64,000 nucleotides of DNA from contig NC_083279.1 in the NCBI RefSeq assembly GCF_963506605.1, positions 33,046,001 through 33,110,000 of the forward strand, written 5' to 3'. Positions 38,633-51,453 of this stretch are shown here, piece by piece. The position numbers were made by a program, and so were the translations under genes. This DNA is from Zootoca vivipara. Its lineage: Eukaryota. The notes under the pieces were generated by a model. That model worked only from the letters and a program-made list of their open reading frames with translations, had not been told where the DNA came from and searched no databases. Position 1 is the stretch's first letter, and each line of letters opens with the position of its first letter.

Positions 38633-38674
<42 letters not shown>
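38633..38674. repeat. (AC)21 microsatellite
   Basis: Directly visible. Confidence 0.97.
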
Positions 38675-38675
<1 letters not shown>

Positions 38676-41600
38676 GGCCCTTTTCTTGCACCTTTCTCGG
38701 TGCTTTGGAGGAGATGTGGGAATTCCTGAGCAGCTCTTCCCCTTAGGTTTAGACGCCTCCAGTTGCATTTTCTTTGATTGGTCTTCAAGGCAGTCCTCCC
38801 GCCCCCCTGGGAGGGTGGGAGCTATTGGACAAAGGTTTGTGCGTGGGCGGAGCCAAAGGAGGCAGGTGGGGCGACTGCCTCCCCTCCCCAATCAAGTAAA
38901 TCAATAAAAGTACCGTACTTAAACTGAGATTCTGCTTCCCCCAACATAAAACCTGGTTATACCCATGGAAGGTGTTAAAGCACAATTATTTTAGCTCTGC
39001 ATTTTGATTCTCAAACCCATTTTTCTGGATGTCCATTGGGTGTTTCCACTGCTCAAGCCAGCTTCAATACTGGAAGACTGGCATAATAAACAGGGGTTCA
39101 TAAATAGATTATATATAAATTTGCCTGCTGCTTAATAGGGGCAATTTCACCCAACAATTTGCTCACCTTGTAAGAAAATGGTCATGAGGATTAGGCCCGA
39201 ATTACAGCTGCCATGCAGTGAATTATTATTTATTTAAAGGCAGAATTATTGTTAATTGGGGCTATTAGCAGTAAATGTTTGAATCAAGGCCACTGGCTTA
39301 ACAGCCACAGATTTTTCAATATACTTTTGGGGAGGGATAGTGATAGAATGGTCAAATGCGTAGGGAGCAACAAAAATAAAGCAATGGGAGGAAATGAAGC
39401 TATTTAAAAATGAAATTTAAAAACACAGCACCATGTTTTCCAAAGCTTGAAGTATAGGGTTGAAGGTTAGGTCTGAAAACCTGCACACAGGCTTGCTCAG
39501 TCCTGTTTGCTCAACCTATGCATGCTCCTAATGTAGATTTGAAACCTAGAACAAAAGGTAAGCCCTAAGCTCCATCCAAATTTCCATATTGCAAAAGTGT
39601 GGCGGGGAAAATCTTGATTGGTTGGGTATTATACAGTCACACACACACACACACACACAATCTCCTATGCATTGTTGTTGTTGTGTGCTAATACAATTTT
39701 CATGAGCAGCAGTAATCTTGATAATGCAAATGTTCATAAATATTTGAAGATGCCTCTCACCCTAGTAACTGATTGATGTACCTAATGAGCAACTACTAGG
39801 ATGAAGCCAGGATTGCAGCAAAGAAGTTTTCAGGAAGTGGTGCCTGAATTACATCACAGTTAAATAGGCAAATAACAGAACCATTTTAAATCTACGGATA
39901 AATAAAAGAATAAGATGTGCTATGTTTCATTCTTCGGCAAGGTTTTATTCTGGTAACATAACTTCTGTTTACTTTACTTACTAGATAACTCCTAGTTTCC
40001 CTTTAGTCATCCGTATACACTGTGTTTCACCCTGTAATCTCAGTATGTAAAATACCAGACAAGACAGAATAAAGTGGGTTTCTTTGCTGGCTTCTGACGT
40101 GTTGGATTGAAAACTTAAGTTTGAGTTGGAAAATGGGTAAGAGGTTGTTATGGTCTGCTCCCAGTTTAGGTGGGGCTCAGCCAGTCAAGGAACAAAATGT
40201 GTTCCTCTGACTTTTCTTGATGCCATACCAAGTGAAATTAGAAATGGCACTTTGGGGGGCTCTAAGACACATTAACAGTTCATGTAATCATCCAGCCATC
40301 TCAACTACAGGCAGTGTTGACCAACACCATTTCTGTATCACAGACTCCTCTCTGGCCATATAAGATCTTAGAGGAATTATTTCAGTTATTTGTTCACTAC
40401 TACTGATTTTGCTGGGTCTGCTTGTACCCACTACAACCATAACATTGGATATCTTGGGCATTTGTGTGTACAACTGTACAATTGTTCCCAAGACCACTAA
40501 GGAGACCTACTGCCCGAGATGCTATGATCTAATAAAAAAACTGCAACTAGCCCTATTGTAAACATTCAGTATGCAAAAGCTTTTCTGCGTGTGTGAAATC
40601 ACACTTAGCTGAAGTCAACAGGAAGAGCACTGCTCAAGAATGCCAACTGCTACGGGCAAGCCAGGCCAAAGTGTAGTACTATTAACTGCCACTGAATTCA
40701 ACTAGCAGAGTTAACCACCTGATTAAATATTTCCTATTGTAATAATCTTAAAATTGCTTTATTTTGGTTAGATTGTGCTCTGTGTATTTCGTTTCAAAAG
40801 ATGCTGTCGCTTATATAAAGGCAATAAAATATTATTTGTTTTTATCAGTCTGACTTTTCTGGCTGGAAATTTTCAAAATTGTTTTTTTTCTTTTTCATAC
40901 GTAATGGTTTTCCAGTATGACTCATGTTTTAACAAGCCTCCTTCTATGACACAGACATTTGCATTCCACTGAACTGGAGGCAGAAGCCCAAATAGTTGCA
41001 ATGAATCAATAGAAGAGCCTTCGGTCTCCATGTGGTGTCCTAACAGCATCCTGTTACAATATCTTTTTTCATCAGACAAATAAGAATGATAATATGCTGG
41101 TTCCTTCCATAGACCAGATCATGTGCCCATGTGTCACAGCTTACAGAAGCTTGCGCAGCAGGCATAGCAGGCTAGTTGCCCAGAAGGAATTGCTAGTTGT
41201 CCCAAGTAAATAATTAACTGCAAGGCTAGCACTGCAATTCTGTTAAGTACATACTTGAGAGTAAGCTTTCCTGAACAAAGTGGAGCTTACTTCTATATAA
41301 ACAAACACAGAACTGGGCTGCACAGTTGCAGTTCTATGCATATTTGCTTAAGAGTAGGTTCCACTGAGTTCAGTGGGTCAGTCATACCTCCAGGTAAAAA
41401 ACATGAACTTTGGGCTGCATTTTTATAAAATATATAACTCAGCCTTGCATTTGAACATGCAAATGGCAGCCATAAACTAGGAAGTGGGAACCTCCAGACC
41501 ATGGGTTGAATAAAGCCTGCCAGTGGTCCGAGTTTGGCCCATGAGACAATTTCCCTCACCACATCCATCTGCCCCACAGCTGGCATTATATGGCATCATT

Positions 41601-42074
41601 TGGAGCATAGAGTTTGCATTCAGCACCCTTTGAATTTGGTACCAAATGCAAGCACTGCCAGGATTGGTTCTACGCAGGAGGTTCTGCATCATATTTATTT
41701 CTGTGCCAGTTGCAAGTCCCATTGAGATCGGCTCCACTTAGCATCTCTTGGGTGGAACCAATCCTTGCTGAAAGCAAGAGTTACATTTTGCTTTTGGCAG
41801 GAATTTGTGGAGTAGAAATTTGAATTCAAGCCATGACTGCAAAGGAAGAAAGGAACAATTGGGAGAACGCTCTTAAGAGTGTGCTCCCAATTCTTCCTTT
41901 GAATGGAATCATTGATATCATATGAGCCATCCATCTGTACAAAGTAATCTGTGGGGTGGGACAGTTCTGTCACCACTAGATATGCCTAGTGAGGGTGGGC
42001 ATACCTGCCAATGCTGAGAATTATGCCACTGACTGAGGCTGATGTCTGTCACAAGCTTAGATACTGTGTTGTGT

Positions 42075-42505
42075 GAAGATGGGGAGAAATTCAATGCAGT
42101 TCACATTTATAGGTAACTGTCAAATTCACACTTTCCAAAACACTATGAAGATCAAAACAGTCATCCTCCAAAACTTGACTTAATCTGATTTTTTCAATGC
42201 AGTTTTCAAACCAGTATTTACAAAATGTATGTATTAGCAGAAAGCATGCATAAACATAATATATCACTCAAAAGAGCATACAAAAATGTTTGTAGTCCAC
42301 AGGGAAATAGCTAGCAAAAATATGCATATTGGTCAAAATTGCATAAAAAACTGGGTTTATTAGGAGAAAGTCAAACTAAAGTGCTGATGAATGTTCATGA
42401 CTTTTTTAAAAATGGAAAGTTGCTGTAGAAATGTGAAGAACTAAATTTAAGATTGGGAAAAATTAGAAACTGGAGAACGGAAATTGGCGGATCCTTCCAT
42501 TCCTA
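42075..42505 (-). mobile_element. Old AT-rich non-autonomous DNA element (TAGGGATGG-type end)
   Basis: Reverse-complement homologue of 49000-49412. Confidence 0.65.
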
Positions 42506-43517
42506 GTTGTGAGCCTCCCTAGCTCCTGGATTCCTGCCTGTCATTTTCAAAGGCATAACGTTATTTTTCAATATCATACATTTTCTGATTGCATACAATT
42601 CAAATATCTTAAGAACAGGGATACATTATTCAAAACCTATCTGCTTATTTACCTACACCAACCATATTGCTACTGTTTGTAAAAGTTACATTTGCTTTCT
42701 TATTGAAAATGAAAGAGAAATGTCATCTCAATTTCTTAATAATTATGTATATGAGGGATTCATTGAATTGTCCTTTTCTGACTGTGTGCCCAGTTGAACA
42801 GTGAAGCATCCAGGCCAATGGACCTGTCTTGACATTTGAACTCATTGCCAAACAGGCTGATATTTGTTTGGAAATCAATGAGGTTCACATGATTGTACAA
42901 CGTGGGGACCATGGTGAAGTTTCTTTTCATATATTATATAAGGAAGAAGGGTGGGGAGCGGACTGTATGGTGCTTCTATTTGTGACTCTGCCTTGTTTGA
43001 CTTCTGTGATTCATGAGTTATGTCAAGTTTACCATCCAATTTATCATATAAACACATCCACTAGACTCTGGACCTTGTTCAAACATACGCATTAGATTAA
43101 TGAGTCAGAGTTTCTTCTGCAGATGGCAATTGTGCTAGTCCAGAGTTTACATATTATTTCAATTATTCATGTTTTATTTTCTAATTTAGTGTTCATTTTG
43201 CTTTAAAGCCGCCTCAACGTTGACAAAAATGAAGATAGATTTTATAACATTTCTTGTGACTATTTCCTCATTTTAGATCATATTTATGGTATAAATTTTG
43301 TTCATGTGTAAATTAGGGTGAAAGGACTAACACTTTGAACGATATAATATTCGTGAGATATGCCGGCACAGGCAACTTCTTCAATTACTTATCATCTCAG
43401 TATGCACTGACTTTTCTTTTTTTAAAGAAATAGCTAGTCTAGTAAGAATTGTTTTTGGTGGGTTTGTAGAGTGAGTTGAGAACACATATCTATATAATGT
43501 TCTGTATGCCTGTATTA

Positions 43518-43607
43518 CATAGCTGCCAAGTTATCCCTTTTTTACAGGGATTTTCCCTTATGCTGAATAGGCTTCCTCGCGAGAAAAGTGAAAACTTGGC
43601 AGCTATG
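43518..43607 (+). mobile_element. 90-bp hAT MITE (catagctgccaag family)
   Basis: Perfect TIR catagctgccaagtt; 8-bp TSD ctgtatta. Confidence 0.93.
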
Positions 43608-43839
43608 CTGTATTACTGTATGCCCTCTTCTACTGAACCACTTTGCAAGCACAGGTTGGAGCAATCTTTATTCGGGGGAAAACTCCTATACTGCCCTTTA
43701 TTATCTATTGCAAGGCAGTGTGCAATGTATTAAAACAAAGTGCAGCCATCAGCAAAAACAAACAGCATAAAACAACAGCAGAAGGTGATTACTCAAAAGT
43801 ACTTTAAAAAAACTTTAGGGCCTTAAGTAAGCACTAGGT

Positions 43840-44163
43840 CAGGCATGTGCAATAGGTAGATCGTGATCTACCAGTAGATCACTGGATGTCTGTGGCAGAT
43901 CACCGGTAGGTCAGTGGCTCCCCCCAAAGAAGCTAAAAAATGTTGGCTCCCCTAAAAAAAGCTCAACATCTTTGCCCTGCATCCCTAAAATGACCTGAAC
44001 CACCAGAAACAGGGCTTCCCCCCCAAAAAAAAGCTCAATGTTGCTTTCCTCTTCCCTAAAGAAGCTCAACAACTTTTACGTGAACCCCCAAAAAGGCGGT
44101 AGATCACTGCCAGTTTTTAACTCTGTGAGTAGATCGCAGTCTCTTGGAAGTTGGCCACCCCTG
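43840..44163. mobile_element. hAT MITE
   Basis: Imperfect CAGG... TIRs, repeated gtagatc subterminal motifs, 8-bp TSD cactaggt (43832-43839, 44164-44171). Confidence 0.87.
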
Positions 44164-44384
44164 CACTAGGTGAACCATGCAGATTTGAGTTCCGCATGTG
44201 GGGTCTACACAGCCCAACAAGAGAAAAGCTATGATATCAAAAATCTGAAAGGAAGGGAGACTTAATAGTCCGGAGGGAATATTTAACATCCAAGAATAAC
44301 GTCCTCAACTTCCCTTATTAAGAACTGCAGTGGATTTAAAATTGCATAGGTGACAGAATAAGCAGGCCTGCAAGTATCTGTACC

Positions 44385-44645
44385 AACGGCAGTCAGGTCG
44401 TGTATCCATAACAATGACCAGAAGAGGTATGACCACTATGAGGGGCACAGAGAGAAGAAACGCCATGGTGCATCTGCGTCAAAACAACCAGCTGCCTCCA
44501 TCTGCCCCAGCTGCAACAAAACATATCTCTCCCACATCTCTCTCTACAGCCACAGCCAGTGCTTAAACCTTCTGACAGTTTGACTTCACCCCTAAAGGTG
44601 CACTCCTCCATTGTCTCCCGAGACAGAAAAGATGGCAACAACAAC
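44385..44645 (+). mobile_element. 3' fragment of a second RTE-clade LINE (not Bov-B)
   Basis: Decayed C-terminal zinc-finger-like ICPSCNKTYLSHISLYSHSQC (44500-44562), short 3' UTR and (CAA)n tail. Confidence 0.7.
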
Positions 44646-44917
44646 TGTCTTATACAGTCCTGCTACCATCACCCATTTGCATGATTACGAATCTTTAAAT
44701 TCTGTGGCAACAGCTGAGCAGGGTTGAAGACAGGGATGCCAAGAGGCAGAGGGATGAAATTAGGCTGGACAAATTGGCACAGAAGATGCCAAGCTAAGGT
44801 GATAAGAGAAAGCAGGTAGGAAAAGCAGTGCAGAGGATTCAGAAGGGTAAGAGACAGAAAGGGGGGATATGAATAACTAGAGGCTGATGAAAGAGAGGAG
44901 GTGACAGAGATAGAAGA

Positions 44918-45293
44918 CAGGTATGAGGAACTTCTAGCCTGTGGGCAAATTGTTTCCCTTCAGCCCTTTCTATCTGGCCCTTGAGACTCTCCGTAGCCCA
45001 TTACAAGTCCTGTTCTGCACTTTCCTTAAGTGTTTTGGCCTGGCTGGAATGTGTCCTTGAACTGTGACAGTGTTCTTTGCTTGTCTAGATGGAGAGAGGT
45101 GTGTATAGAAATCTTTGACTTTTGCACACCCGAATATAGCTGACTGTGCAAAGATAAGAGTTGCACTCACTGTTCCACTCACTTTTGTTGCAAGCTTTCC
45201 CCACTACTGGCATGCTGTCCTTGGCTGGTTGTGCAAGATGGACTGTGGCCACTGGGCTGAACAAAGTTTCCTGCCTGCTCCTGGTCTAAAGGA
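44918..45293 (+). mobile_element. Old degraded hAT-like MITE
   Basis: Shares ggaatgtgtccttgaactg...gcttgtctagatggag with about 46390-46600 and, reversed, with the flanks of the Bov-B at 52537-53844. Confidence 0.65.
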
Positions 45294-46389
45294 ACAGAGA
45301 AGATAAATCAGGAAAGAGAGGGAAGTAGCAAAGGAGAAATGGAAGGAGTATGGGATCTCAAAGGTTTGGCGTATAAAACATCAAGAGGAAGGATGATGGG
45401 TCAGTACTGGTTAGAAAGAGGAATGTTGACTGCAACTTGCTCTCCCAGTGAAAGCCTTCCTATGGTAAGATGATGCTCACATTTCCACGATTTGGTGGAC
45501 ATACCGGTTCTAGAAGTAAATCTACATAAGATGGCATATTCTAATGATAAAGACAGTCCCTTTCATGTTTCTACATTGAACACGGCATCCTTTGCTCACG
45601 ATGACACTGAGTCATGCTTAAAGCGCTGGCAAAACAGGTTCTTTTTAGGATTGTGGTTAATTAAGTTGTAGCTTAGAATCAAGGTTTGACTCCAGGGCAA
45701 TCACTTAGAACAGAAACATCCTACCCCAGCAAAAGAAAATCATTTCTGGGTCAGTCATGCAAAATATGGAGAGTCCTATCTGAGTTGCACAAGAGACGAA
45801 TTCTGCACTTGTATTTTTGTGAACTTTAAAACCCAGCCCTTCAAATGTTATTGTTCTGGCAAGCGTACATAGTTCCAACAATTGTACAATCAAAGAGGCA
45901 TTAGCGCAAAAAGCTTACAAGGCATCCTCTATAAATCAGGCTATTAATGTAGACAGTTCCAGCAACATCTAAACAGGCCAAAAGTTAATTGCCCTTGCAG
46001 ATCTAGAAATGTACTTAGTCCTTAACATTTATGCACTCCTTTCAGTATTAAATATTTACTTTTGCTTTGTGTCAGTGTCACCTCCTTAGATAGCTGAAGG
46101 TAATTACCATCCTCATTCCAACACAGTGCAAGTGTGTTCTAAAGCAGCTCATTGCAGTTGCATCGTTAAATGTTCCCTTAGATTCTCTTTGGGAATTGCT
46201 GGGTCTTGGAAGAAGGCATGGCGATGTGCAGTGCTACTTTCTGTCAGCTAAGATCAAAGGCTCATGCCACCCAGCTGAGTAGCTGGGACATCCTTGGCTT
46301 GCCAGCTCATTGCTCCTACACCCCAAAGTAAATTACCAGATAGACACAAATCCATCTAAAAGCTACTTCTGTTCTATCACACTTTGCGT

Positions 46390-46600
46390 GGGGATGGCGA
46401 TCCTCAGGCCTGGGGTCCAAATGTGCCTGCCCACAGCCTCTCTTTCTGGCCCTCAGGACGCTTCTCAGGCCATACTCCTCACCAGTCCTACTTTGCACCC
46501 TTCTGGGATGTTTTCCCTTGGCTAGAAAGTTTCATTACTGCTTATTGCTTGCCCAGATGGAGGAAAGAGAGGGGTGTGTGCAAAAACTAGGTGCCACTAA
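46390..46600 (+). mobile_element. Partial copy of the same old MITE family
   Basis: ctggccctcaggac...cttggctagaa...ttgcttgcccagatggagg matches 44918-45293. Confidence 0.55.
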
Positions 46601-47213
46601 AAAGGTAAAATTCACATTTCTTGTTTTTCTCATGGCTCTAAAGTAACCGGGAAACACAAACCAGAATAAGACCAAACAGAGAAAAACATACTTGATTCTT
46701 AATGGCTGGAATCTGCTTGTTGCCAGTGTTTTTTCCTGTTTCCCTATTCAGCTCACAGAAAGGGTTCAACTATTGTAGAATGGACTTCATTTTTTTTAAC
46801 AGATAAGCTGTGGGTTGTATCTGTTGGCCATACTCAGAGTAGACTCTTTTAAATTAATGAATATCACCAGTTGAGGTCCACTGTAAGTATGACTTATACT
46901 GGATACAACTATTTGTTTAATTTATCTATCTAAATATCAAATCACATTTTACCTGGATCTTCCTTTATGAATCTCTAGACCATTAGCTATTCAATGTGCT
47001 TCTCCCCCACTCCCATCTAGGATTAATCCTCTTAGGCTGGAATCCCAGGGCTTCTTTTTTTTTTTAAGCTGGAACTCACCAGAACTTATTTTTCTGCTTT
47101 TTTCACAATTGTCATGTTCTCTGTTAGTTGGTGTATGGTTTTTATTGTATATTTACAGATCACCTGACTGATGTTTGTGGACCACAGTTTCGGAAAGCCT
47201 GCAAAACATCCTT

Positions 47214-47711
47214 GTTGTTGTTGTTTAGTCGTTTAGTCGTGTCCGACTCTTCGTGACCCCATGGACCATAGCACGCCAGGCACTCCTGTCTTGCACTGCC
47301 TCCCGCAGTTTGGTCAAACTCATGTTCGTAGCTTCGAGAACACTGTCCAACCATCTCGTCCTCTGTCGTCCCCTTCTCCTAGTGCCCTCCATCTTTCCCA
47401 ACATCAGGGTCTTTTCCAAGGATTCTTCTCTTCTCATGAGGTGGCCAAAGTATTGGAGCCTCAGCTTCACGATCTGTCCTTCCAGGGAGCACTCAGGGCT
47501 GATTTCCTTAAGAATGGATAGGTTTGATCTTCTAGCAGTCCATGGGACTCTCAAGAGTCTCCTCCAGCACCATAATTCAAAAGCATCAATTCTTCGACGA
47601 TCAGCCTTCTTTATGGTCCAGCTCTCACTTCCATACATCACTACTGGGAAAACCATAGCTTTAACTATACGGACCTTTGTCGGCAAAGTGATGTCTCTGC
47701 TTTTTAAGATG
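47214..47711 (-). mobile_element. Bov-B LINE 3' fragment
   Basis: Open frame ending ...VTKSRTRLND; (CAA)n tail; 7-bp TSD catcctt (47207-47213, 47712-47718). Confidence 0.96.
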
Positions 47712-48150
47712 CATCCTTACTCAAGAGTAAATGCCAATGAACTTCATTGGTATATGATTGTAGGCTATTTATCTTTAAAATTTGTTATCCCCACCCCCAC
47801 CCCCATGAGTGTTTCTGTTTTAAATTCTTCATTATGCCTCTTGATTATCTCACAGTGAGGACACTTTTTTTCTTCTGGGACTGTTGAAAGAGAATATTAT
47901 TTCTATTATGGCATTTTAAGCTTGTGCATTTTAGATTCCAAAACAAGCTGCAGTAATGATTTCCCAAAACAACCCTAAGCACTTCGCTTTTGCTGAGCCA
48001 TCCCATCTTGGCTCTACAGCTGAATTGATTTTGCAGCCTTCTTCCTTTGCTACTGAGAGCGCATTTGTTGATCACTTTTCAGCATCTTATTCTTCACCCT
48101 CTTGGCTGTTGCAACACAGGTACTTGTGGTAGCGAGAGGCTATCATGAAT

Positions 48151-48240
48151 CATAGCTGCCAAGTTATCCCTTTTTTAAAGGGATTTTCCCTTATGCTGAA
48201 TAGGCTTCCTCGTGAGAAAAGGGAAAACTTGGCAGCTATG
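48151..48240 (+). mobile_element. 90-bp hAT MITE (catagctgccaag family)
   Basis: Perfect TIRs; flanked by the 9-bp direct repeat atcatgaat. Confidence 0.93.
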
Positions 48241-48999
48241 ATCATGAATATTTATTAGAAATGGCTTTCTGATTCAGTTGTGCTCAGGAAATGCATTTGT
48301 TAAAGAGGAAGATATGAATGTTGACAATGAAAGCAGAACCTTGTAATAATTTCGGCTTCCTAATAAACACAATGTGGTGCAGTATTCATTCTGAAAATAT
48401 GTATCTAATAGTTCACATTTAAATAACACTTTAGATTACCATCCTCTTCTTATGCGTTGACTGAATTTGGGCATTTGTCCACAGCTTCATAAACCACAAT
48501 CTGAGTTACTATCTGGTTTATTCCTGACACTAAACCAGAGTTCCCTGGTTCAGGGGTTGCAGCAAATTCCAAGGTACCCAAGCTTTATGCGAGTCAGAGT
48601 CTCTGTGCCAAAACGGGTGTGTGGCAGAAAGAAAGGAGGGGTTCATAAAGTGGTGGGTAAAAGAACAATTCTGACCATTGTCTCAACAACCCATATGCCA
48701 AACTTGCAAGGTAGGCAGTAGCTTACAGTCAACGAGAGATTTGAATGAAGACGTTCTTGATTCACAGCACAGTCCCTCCACTGTGTGTCCCAAACTGTAT
48801 GTCTTGGGCATCCCAGTGGAGAGAATCCCATGCTGTGGGGAAACTTAGATAGCCCATCACAAGCAGTATCCTAAAGCTGGAAATGAAGGGATAGGAGCCA
48901 GGAGAATCAGCTCTTCAGGAGCGTCCTGCCACATATTGTCAATGCCCGGACTAATGTCCATGAGGCTTGTATATACAAAACTTCAAGGTGTGCTGTGGA

Positions 49000-49412
49000 T
49001 AGGGATGGGCAAATCAATCTATTTTGGTGTTTCTCACTTTCTCGTTTTTCTAGTCTTAAGTTATTTTTTCCATTTTTTCCATATTGGTTGGTGAACATTG
49101 TTTTAAAAGTTCACATGAAAATCCATTGGTAATTTAGTGTGAATTTCTCCTAATATACATATTTTGTAACACAATTTTCCCTAATATAATGCATTTTTGT
49201 ATATTACATTTATAAATATATGTATTTTATGCACACTTTAACCTGGTGTTTGCATTTTTGTGTATGTTACTTGGCTGCAGAACTTGCACTACAAAATTCA
49301 GAGACGTGCAAATCTCAAAGTAGGGCCGTGTTTCCCTTTGTGCATTGTTTCAGAAACTGCTCATTTGTTAGCTTCACCTTCAAATGCAAACTAATTCAGA
49401 TTGACCCCCCCC
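49000..49412 (+). mobile_element. Old AT-rich non-autonomous DNA element
   Basis: Starts tagggatggg; homologous to 42075-42505 in reverse. Confidence 0.65.
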
Positions 49413-49523
49413 CCCAGCTGTGGGTACTCTATTCAGCATAGTGTGTCTTTTCACATATGTACTACATGCATTGTGTGGAAGATAAGATTCCCTGCAAGGA
49501 TATGCAGGAGATCGACCATGGAA

Positions 49524-49773
49524 CAGTGGTGTAGCTTCATGCTCTGCCACCGGGGGTGGAGAGCAGGCAGGGGCGGGGCTGGTGCGCATTCTGGGGGCGG
49601 GGCGTGCTGCCCGCGGGGGCAGGGTGTGTGTTTTGGGGTGAGGCGTGTGCCCCGTGGCGGCGGGCCGCGTGTTCTGGGGGCAGGGCAGGCAGGAGCAACC
49701 GCCATGGCACCCTCGGGATCACATGCTGCCCGGGGCGGAGCACCCCCAACGCCACTCCCTTGCTACTCCCCTG
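49524..49773. mobile_element. GC-rich hAT-type MITE
   Basis: TIR cagtggtgtagc / gctactcccctg; 8-bp TSD ccatggaa (49516-49523, 49774-49781). Confidence 0.88.
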
Positions 49774-49973
49774 CCATGGAATGCTCTGACAATATGTACC
49801 GGTACTTGGCATAGCTGTGGGTTAGCAGGGAGATCCATTTGCATGCTGGAACCAAGAGATTTCCTTCAAAACATCAACAACACCCAATAGGCTCCAATCA
49901 ACACAATCAGACTAAAAGCTACCCTTGAATGCAGGGGGGGGGAATGAAGATGGCAGGAACTAATGCACAGCTT

Positions 49974-49975
<2 letters not shown>

Positions 49976-50018
<43 letters not shown>
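49976..50018. repeat. (GT)n microsatellite
   Basis: Directly visible. Confidence 0.97.
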
Positions 50019-50019
<1 letters not shown>

Positions 50020-51317
50020 TTGATTAGAAGTAATAATTTTAAAATACTCTGAAGTTGGGCTGCAGTCTATGTTCATAATATAACGTCCTGGTAGTAAAAC
50101 CCAGGAATGTGTGCGGGGTATATTTTTAGCACGCACTGCCCTTGGCAATTGTCTGTCAGATCATAATAACTTTAAAGCTGCCATTGGATAATTGTTGGCT
50201 TTCCAAAACATTGCTGTCCCTCAAGCATTCTACTGTCTTGTTATCAACTACACTTGGGTTGACATGTGAAAAACTCTGCAAGTGAACTTGGCTACTCTTG
50301 CCAGCAATTGCCATACGTTATTTTCCTAAAGGTTGTGAGAGCTCAGGTAGTTAAGTGCAGAGTACCTTAAGAGCAGACTCTCAAGGTACAAAATTTAAAA
50401 GAGATGATTTGGGGAAAGTGAGCCTTGCCATTTCTCCCGGTTACATCCCCCCCCAAAAAAACTATTGCTTATGTGCTTCATGATATATATGCCTTCCTTT
50501 TACAGAAGACCTAATTCATCCCCTCCCTTAATTGATTTTCCAACCACACCTACCATACTTAGTTACTATGGCGGGCATGTCTACTCAGAATTGAGCCCCA
50601 TAGTGTTCAATTAGCCTTACTTTCAGGAAAACATGTACAGGGGCGCAGCCTTAGTGTACTACAGTAATACTTGGATTAAAAAAACGGAAATCATTGTATG
50701 ATTTTCACATGGAGAATTGCAGGCCATCAATGAAGGGCACATCCACCACATACATTTAAAGGATTCTTGTGGCAATTTAAGAGTCACAGCTTTCCCCAAA
50801 GAAACCTCGGAACTGTAGTTTGTGAAGGTTGTTGGGAAGTGTTTGGATGCGACCAATGAGAGGCAAATAGAGGGATATGGAAACTGGTGATCAATAACGA
50901 TAGGTTGGGGATCTTTGCCATAATTACCGCTGATTGAGTACCTAGTGGACATGTACAAGCCAACAAGGTATATACAGCCTTAATACTATACTATTTAAAA
51001 AGCCAGCCACTAAACAGTGTATAGGCCATTCCTCACTGTAGCCTGTCTGTCTGTAAATTTTATTTGAGACATATTAAATCTGATGTCAGTACTTTACACT
51101 GAAGGCAGTACTTTACGCTGCCAGTGATCATGGCAAACAAAGGAATGAGGATGTCCTTACTCGGAAGAAAAGAGCTCCATGGCAAGGCCCAGCTGTGGTG
51201 ACAGTGTACAAGTCCATGACGTGTGAAGGGCCAACACACCTTGTGTTGTTGCTGCTGGAACATAAGAACACACACCAATGTGAGGTGCTTGTGATCATTT
51301 GTAGTCATACCCTAAAC

Positions 51318-51453
51318 CAGGCATAGGCAAACTCGGCCCTCCAGATGTTTTGAGACTACAACTCACATCACCCCTAGCTAACAGGGCCAGGGGTCAGGGA
51401 TGATGGAAATTGTAGTCTCAAAACATCTGGAGGGTTGAGTTTGCCTATGCCTG
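51318..51453. mobile_element. Short palindromic hAT-type MITE
   Basis: TIR caggcataggcaaactc; 8-bp TSD ccctaaac. Confidence 0.92.

Larger units (their letters stand above)
37650..38900 (-). promoter_or_regulatory. CpG island, 5' leader and promoter of PRKX
   Basis: Dense unique CpG-rich sequence at about 37650-38570. CCAAT boxes at 38777-38781 and 38824-38828 (minus sense) and 38888-38892 (plus sense); GC boxes at about 38798-38805 and 38845-38850. The TSS cannot be located from sequence. Confidence 0.8.

Noticed and set aside
37579-38907. 442-aa plus-strand ORF and other long ORFs over the CpG island
   Set aside because: GC-rich stop-codon depletion; runs through two microsatellites (VCVC, HTHT); no domain; antisense to PRKX exon 1.
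40370-40560. Hydrophobic, Cys-containing plus-strand frame (GIISVICSLLLILLGLLVP...)
   Set aside because: No start codon, bounded by stops, no recognisable family or convincing splice sites.
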